From an uncultured virus (IMG/VR IMGVR_UViG_3300032220_001209) (lineage: Duplodnaviria > Heunggongvirae > Uroviricota > Caudoviricetes), in IMG/VR virus record IMGVR_UViG_3300032220_001209: DNA of 20,000 bases; one strand, given 5' to 3'. Under the pieces are notes generated by a model that saw only the letters and a program-made list of their open reading frames with translations, was not told the origin of the DNA and searched no databases. This document shows, one piece after another, positions 17,679 to 20,000 of the stretch. A program made the position numbers and the translations under genes. How positions within the stretch are numbered: the stretch's first letter is position 1; every line of letters begins with the position of its first letter.

Positions 17679-17735
17679 CTGCGCACACAACTAATACTAT
17701 CTGTTAACTGATGGCTGTGCAGTTCTAAATACTTG

Positions 17736-17972
17736 ATGAAAATACTATTGGTGATCCTGATCTGTTTTCAGGGCGAATGCAAATACATAGTGAGCCGAGA
17801 GCCCACATTCACACAAAAAGCAGAATGCGAACAGTTCAGCCGTCAGGTGCTGAGAACTGTGGATCAGAAGATATCCAACAGCCACAATCAAGTGATGTGC
17901 TTGAATGAGCTGCAGTTGGCACAGCAGCAATTGCTGTGGTACTATGAAGGTATTCCTCAGGCCGAGCAATAG
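17736..17972 (+). CDS. Small exported Cys-containing hypothetical protein
   Basis: Hydrophobic N-terminus, 4 Cys, and TAAATA at 17726-17731. Confidence 0.6.
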   Translation: MKILLVILICFQGECKYIVSREPTFTQKAECEQFSRQVLRTVDQKISNSHNQVMCLNELQLAQQQLLWYYEGIPQAEQ

Positions 17973-18039
17973 CCTCAAAAATCACAATCAAAAAAAAAAT
18001 TATAGGGTAACTCTAAGATTCTCCAGAGAAGTTTTTAGA

Positions 18040-18152
18040 CCCCTTTGCACTGATAATACAAAGGGGCGAGTTATCAGCTCTTTATGGTATCCGAGCCTGG
18101 ATTAGATACCAGGAAAACACCCAGAGGGCCGGTCTGATTCCCGCACTCGGAT
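18040..18152 (-). ncRNA. Putative structured ncRNA: tRNA-like domain (18152-18085, ends ACCA) plus two hairpins with complementary loops
   Basis: AUCCGAG/CUCGGAU-ACCA acceptor-like stem, CCUGG/CCAGG T-like arm, downstream loops CUGAUAA and UUAUCAG, and a consensus promoter immediately upstream. Confidence 0.65.
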
Positions 18153-18158
18153 ACCCAT

Positions 18159-18187
18159 ATTGTATGCGATTTTTGGTGAATTGTCAA
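18159..18187 (-). promoter_or_regulatory. Sigma70-type promoter
   Basis: TTGACA (18187-18182), 17 nt spacer, TACAAT (18164-18159). Confidence 0.75.
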
Positions 18188-18190
18188 GAG

Positions 18191-18388
18191 TTAGATCACT
18201 GCAGGCTTGCGTTGAATATGACCCAACACAGTGCCCTGATGTTCACCCTGTTTGATCACATAGCCTGAAGTGCCATGGCCATTGATCTCCACTTCTCGGC
18301 GAGCTCGCACCAATGCTGCGTCCTGTGCTTTTTGACGCTGTTGTGCTGAGTGCTGCTGCAACAGATGAGTGTGTGTTTGTTTGTCCAT
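18191..18388 (-). CDS. 65-aa protein downstream of the glutamine riboswitch, possible GS inactivating factor (IF7-like)
   Basis: AAGGAGA SD before ATG 18388. Sequence MDKQTHTHLLQQHSAQQRQKAQDAALVRARREVEING... The function is inference. Confidence 0.65.
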   Translation of the reverse strand: MDKQTHTHLLQQHSAQQRQKAQDAALVRARREVEINGHGTSGYVIKQGEHQGTVLGHIQRKPAVI

Positions 18389-18415
18389 ACATTCTCCTTG
18401 GTTAAGGTTATGCAT

Positions 18416-18463
18416 GCGTTCCTTCGAATTGCTTCTACTTCCAAGCCACTGTGCTCGAACGAT
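18416..18463 (-). promoter_or_regulatory. Glutamine-I riboswitch (glnA RNA motif)
   Basis: AUCGUUC-GAGC acagug GCUU-GGAAGUA-GAA gcaa UUC-GAAG-GAACGC gives P1 CGUUC/GAACG, P2, the GGAAGUA junction, P3 with a GNRA loop and the GAAG E-loop strand. Confidence 0.85.
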
Positions 18464-18506
18464 TGAGTCATGCAATACACACATGACTGCTATGTTTATT
18501 TAGCAG

Positions 18507-18653
18507 TTATCTTGTCAAGTACAACAGCACAGGTATCATCACCATCAGTGCAGTGATGCACCAAATGAGAGCCACTTGCAGCAGAGCAATCCAAGTGTTG
18601 GAGTGCAGTGCCACATGTAAAAAATAGGGTCTAGCGGTGTGTTTCTTTTTCAT
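18507..18653 (-). CDS. Small membrane protein (48 aa)
   Basis: MKKKHTARPYFLHVALHSNTWIALLQVALIWCITALMVMIPVLLYLTR, starting 2 nt after the upstream stop. Confidence 0.5.
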   Translation of the reverse strand: MKKKHTARPYFLHVALHSNTWIALLQVALIWCITALMVMIPVLLYLTR

Positions 18654-18655
18654 GA

Positions 18656-18796
18656 TCACTTTCGACCCTGACCACGATACTGCTTGAACTGACGCTTTTT
18701 GTGCTTGTTCATGCTGCTGCGTTTCACATTGCGATGATCACTCTGTGAAGTCTTCTTGGGTCGGGGTGTGCTGTGCATGGTTGCTGTGTAAGCCAT
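18656..18796 (-). CDS. Small basic phage protein (46 aa)
   Basis: MAYTATMHSTPRPKKTSQSDHRNVKRSSMNKHKKRQFKQYRGQGRK. The KKTSQ...SSMNK...YRGQG pattern is familiar from T4-like phage hypotheticals, and a promoter lies directly upstream. Confidence 0.7.
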   Translation of the reverse strand: MAYTATMHSTPRPKKTSQSDHRNVKRSSMNKHKKRQFKQYRGQGRK

Positions 18797-18806
18797 AATA
18801 CAGTGT

Positions 18807-18835
18807 AATATACTGTGTTTTGAGCAGATTGTCAA
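18807..18835 (-). promoter_or_regulatory. Sigma70-type promoter
   Basis: TTGACA (18835-18830), 17 nt spacer, TATATT (18812-18807), 10 nt before ATG 18796. Confidence 0.7.
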
Positions 18836-18864
18836 CAGTCATGCTGAGGCAATTCTACCAAAAT

Positions 18865-19728
18865 TCAACCATGATTCACACTGTGCTGTGCAGTCACAAA
18901 GTACTGCTGATGTATGGCAGCAGCAAAATTTGCATGATGCTGCACAGAGGGGTGCATGTCATTCTCAGCGGGCGGTATTCGAGGATCATGTATCACCCTA
19001 CAGCTGTCATGATCCACAGTCAAACGGTACCACAGATCAGGGTGTGGTATGTTGTGAGGAGCTCGCAATGATGCCACCAATTCCTGCCTCACAGATTCCA
19101 GCTGCTGTGTGTAGGGTTCAGGCTCCACACTGAGGTGAATCACCCTGGCACCAGTGGCTCTGAGAAACCCATCAGTCATGCACATCAGCACCATTTGGTT
19201 GTAGTATCTGTCGTACTGACCCATGGGATTGAGATAGGTGTATCTGGTGCTGTTGTGTATGTACTCTTGAATCAGTGACTCTTCATCATTGTTGCTGTGT
19301 TCGGATGGATCCAACCCAAAGAATCTGTTGAATCCTTTGATCACTGTGCGCCAAGTGAATCCATTGGGATCCACCACATTGCACAAGGGCACAGTGGTTC
19401 TGGCAGGCCACTGCAGCGATAGTCTGCTCAAATAGGTCCACATTACTATGACAGTGTCTTGGGGTTTAATATCCTTGACTGCGACTGCACACTGACGAGC
19501 TATTTGCTGCATGCAAGCACCCCTGCGTGCATGATTCTGCACTGGACAGCCCAGTTTATCTGCCAACACTTGGGGCCATGCATAGTCACTGGGTTGATAT
19601 ACATGTGCATCGGTCCAATAGAAAGGTCGGCCCAATGCTTGCAGTTCAGCTGGAGTGAGTGATCTCACCACATCTGGCAGTGCAAAGCCCTGTGTGATGG
19701 AGCATCCAAATGTGTGCAGTGTGGTCAT
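18865..19728 (-). CDS. SGNH/GDSL-like hydrolase-fold protein
   Basis: Block I-like FGCSITQG, NHARRGAC, VIVMWT and C-terminal DMHPS. Start moved to ATG 19728, with TAAATA at 19734-19739. Confidence 0.65.
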   Translation of the reverse strand: MTTLHTFGCSITQGFALPDVVRSLTPAELQALGRPFYWTDAHVYQPSDYAWPQVLADKLGCPVQNHARRGACMQQIARQCAVAVKDIKPQDTVIVMWTYLSRLSLQWPARTTVPLCNVVDPNGFTWRTVIKGFNRFFGLDPSEHSNNDEESLIQEYIHNSTRYTYLNPMGQYDRYYNQMVLMCMTDGFLRATGARVIHLSVEPEPYTQQLESVRQELVASLRAPHNIPHPDLWYRLTVDHDSCRVIHDPRIPPAENDMHPSVQHHANFAAAIHQQYFVTAQHSVNHG

Positions 19729-19937
19729 GTGAATATTTACTGGGTTGAAACACACACATTGTACAGATTGAAAAACCATGCCAAAAATGGTTCAGTGCCA
19801 AAAAATCAAATTACAAAAAATTTAATAGAAGTACTTAACTTCTCGGGGTGGTGATTCCGCCACCTATAAGCACTGTAAAAAACAGCTTTAGTTTTAAAGT
19901 TGTATAGCCGAAGCCCCTGATGAAATTTTATTTTATT

Positions 19938-20000
19938 TTACCGAGCCTGACGCTTCATGAATGTGTGATCACCAATCACCCTGGTCTGCTGTTTCACATC
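19938..20000 (-). CDS. C-terminal fragment, possibly SleB-like cell wall hydrolase (5' truncated by window)
   Basis: ...DVKQQTRVIGDHTFMKRQAR*. The T..IG.H.F ending resembles Hydrolase_2 C-termini, but only 20 aa are visible. Confidence 0.35.
   Translation of the reverse strand, partial: DVKQQTRVIGDHTFMKRQAR

Noticed and set aside
18050..18080. Hammerhead ribozyme core suggested by CUGAUAA
   Set aside because: It lacks CUGANGA and a properly placed GAAA, and the motif is better explained as loop-loop pairing.
17905..18105. 66-aa plus-strand ORF
   Set aside because: It overlaps the upstream gene and the structured RNA, crosses a poly-A run and has no start signals.
18085..18152. Canonical tRNA or tmRNA call
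   Set aside because: There is no 7-nt anticodon loop on a 5-bp stem, no TTC T-loop, no G3-U70 alanine identity and no tag reading frame.
18389..18484. N-terminal extension of the 65-aa ORF to 97 aa, and ORF 18256-18480
   Set aside because: The extension runs through the riboswitch, and the SD supports ATG 18388.

Overview
This window looks like part of a large tailed-phage genome (T4-like or jumbo type). An alphaproteobacterial host is plausible from DUF1178 and related gene content, but that is inference. The left end is a replication block: primase C-terminus, a tiny ORF, an N-domain-only carbamoyltransferase and a DnaB/gp41-like helicase. An accessory block follows: 2OG-Fe(II) oxygenase, HemC, DUF1178, a metallothionein-like peptide, DUF1289, an exported polysaccharide deacetylase, an exported DRGH nuclease and an acidic protein. 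The centre is a ~9 kb co-oriented cluster of csgF, csgG, two curlin-repeat proteins, a FecR-domain protein, a third curlin-repeat protein with an extra N-terminal domain, a CHASE2 class III cyclase, two paralogous small membrane proteins and a GH19 endolysin. The right end has a sigma70-driven tRNA-like RNA with an adjacent kissing-loop element, a glutamine-I (glnA) riboswitch upstream of a 65-aa ORF resembling the cyanobacterial GS inactivating factor IF7, small ORFs and an SGNH-like hydrolase. Many genes have a TAA(A/G)TA late-promoter-like box only 4-8 nt before the ATG. All family calls come from visual motif recognition, not database searches.
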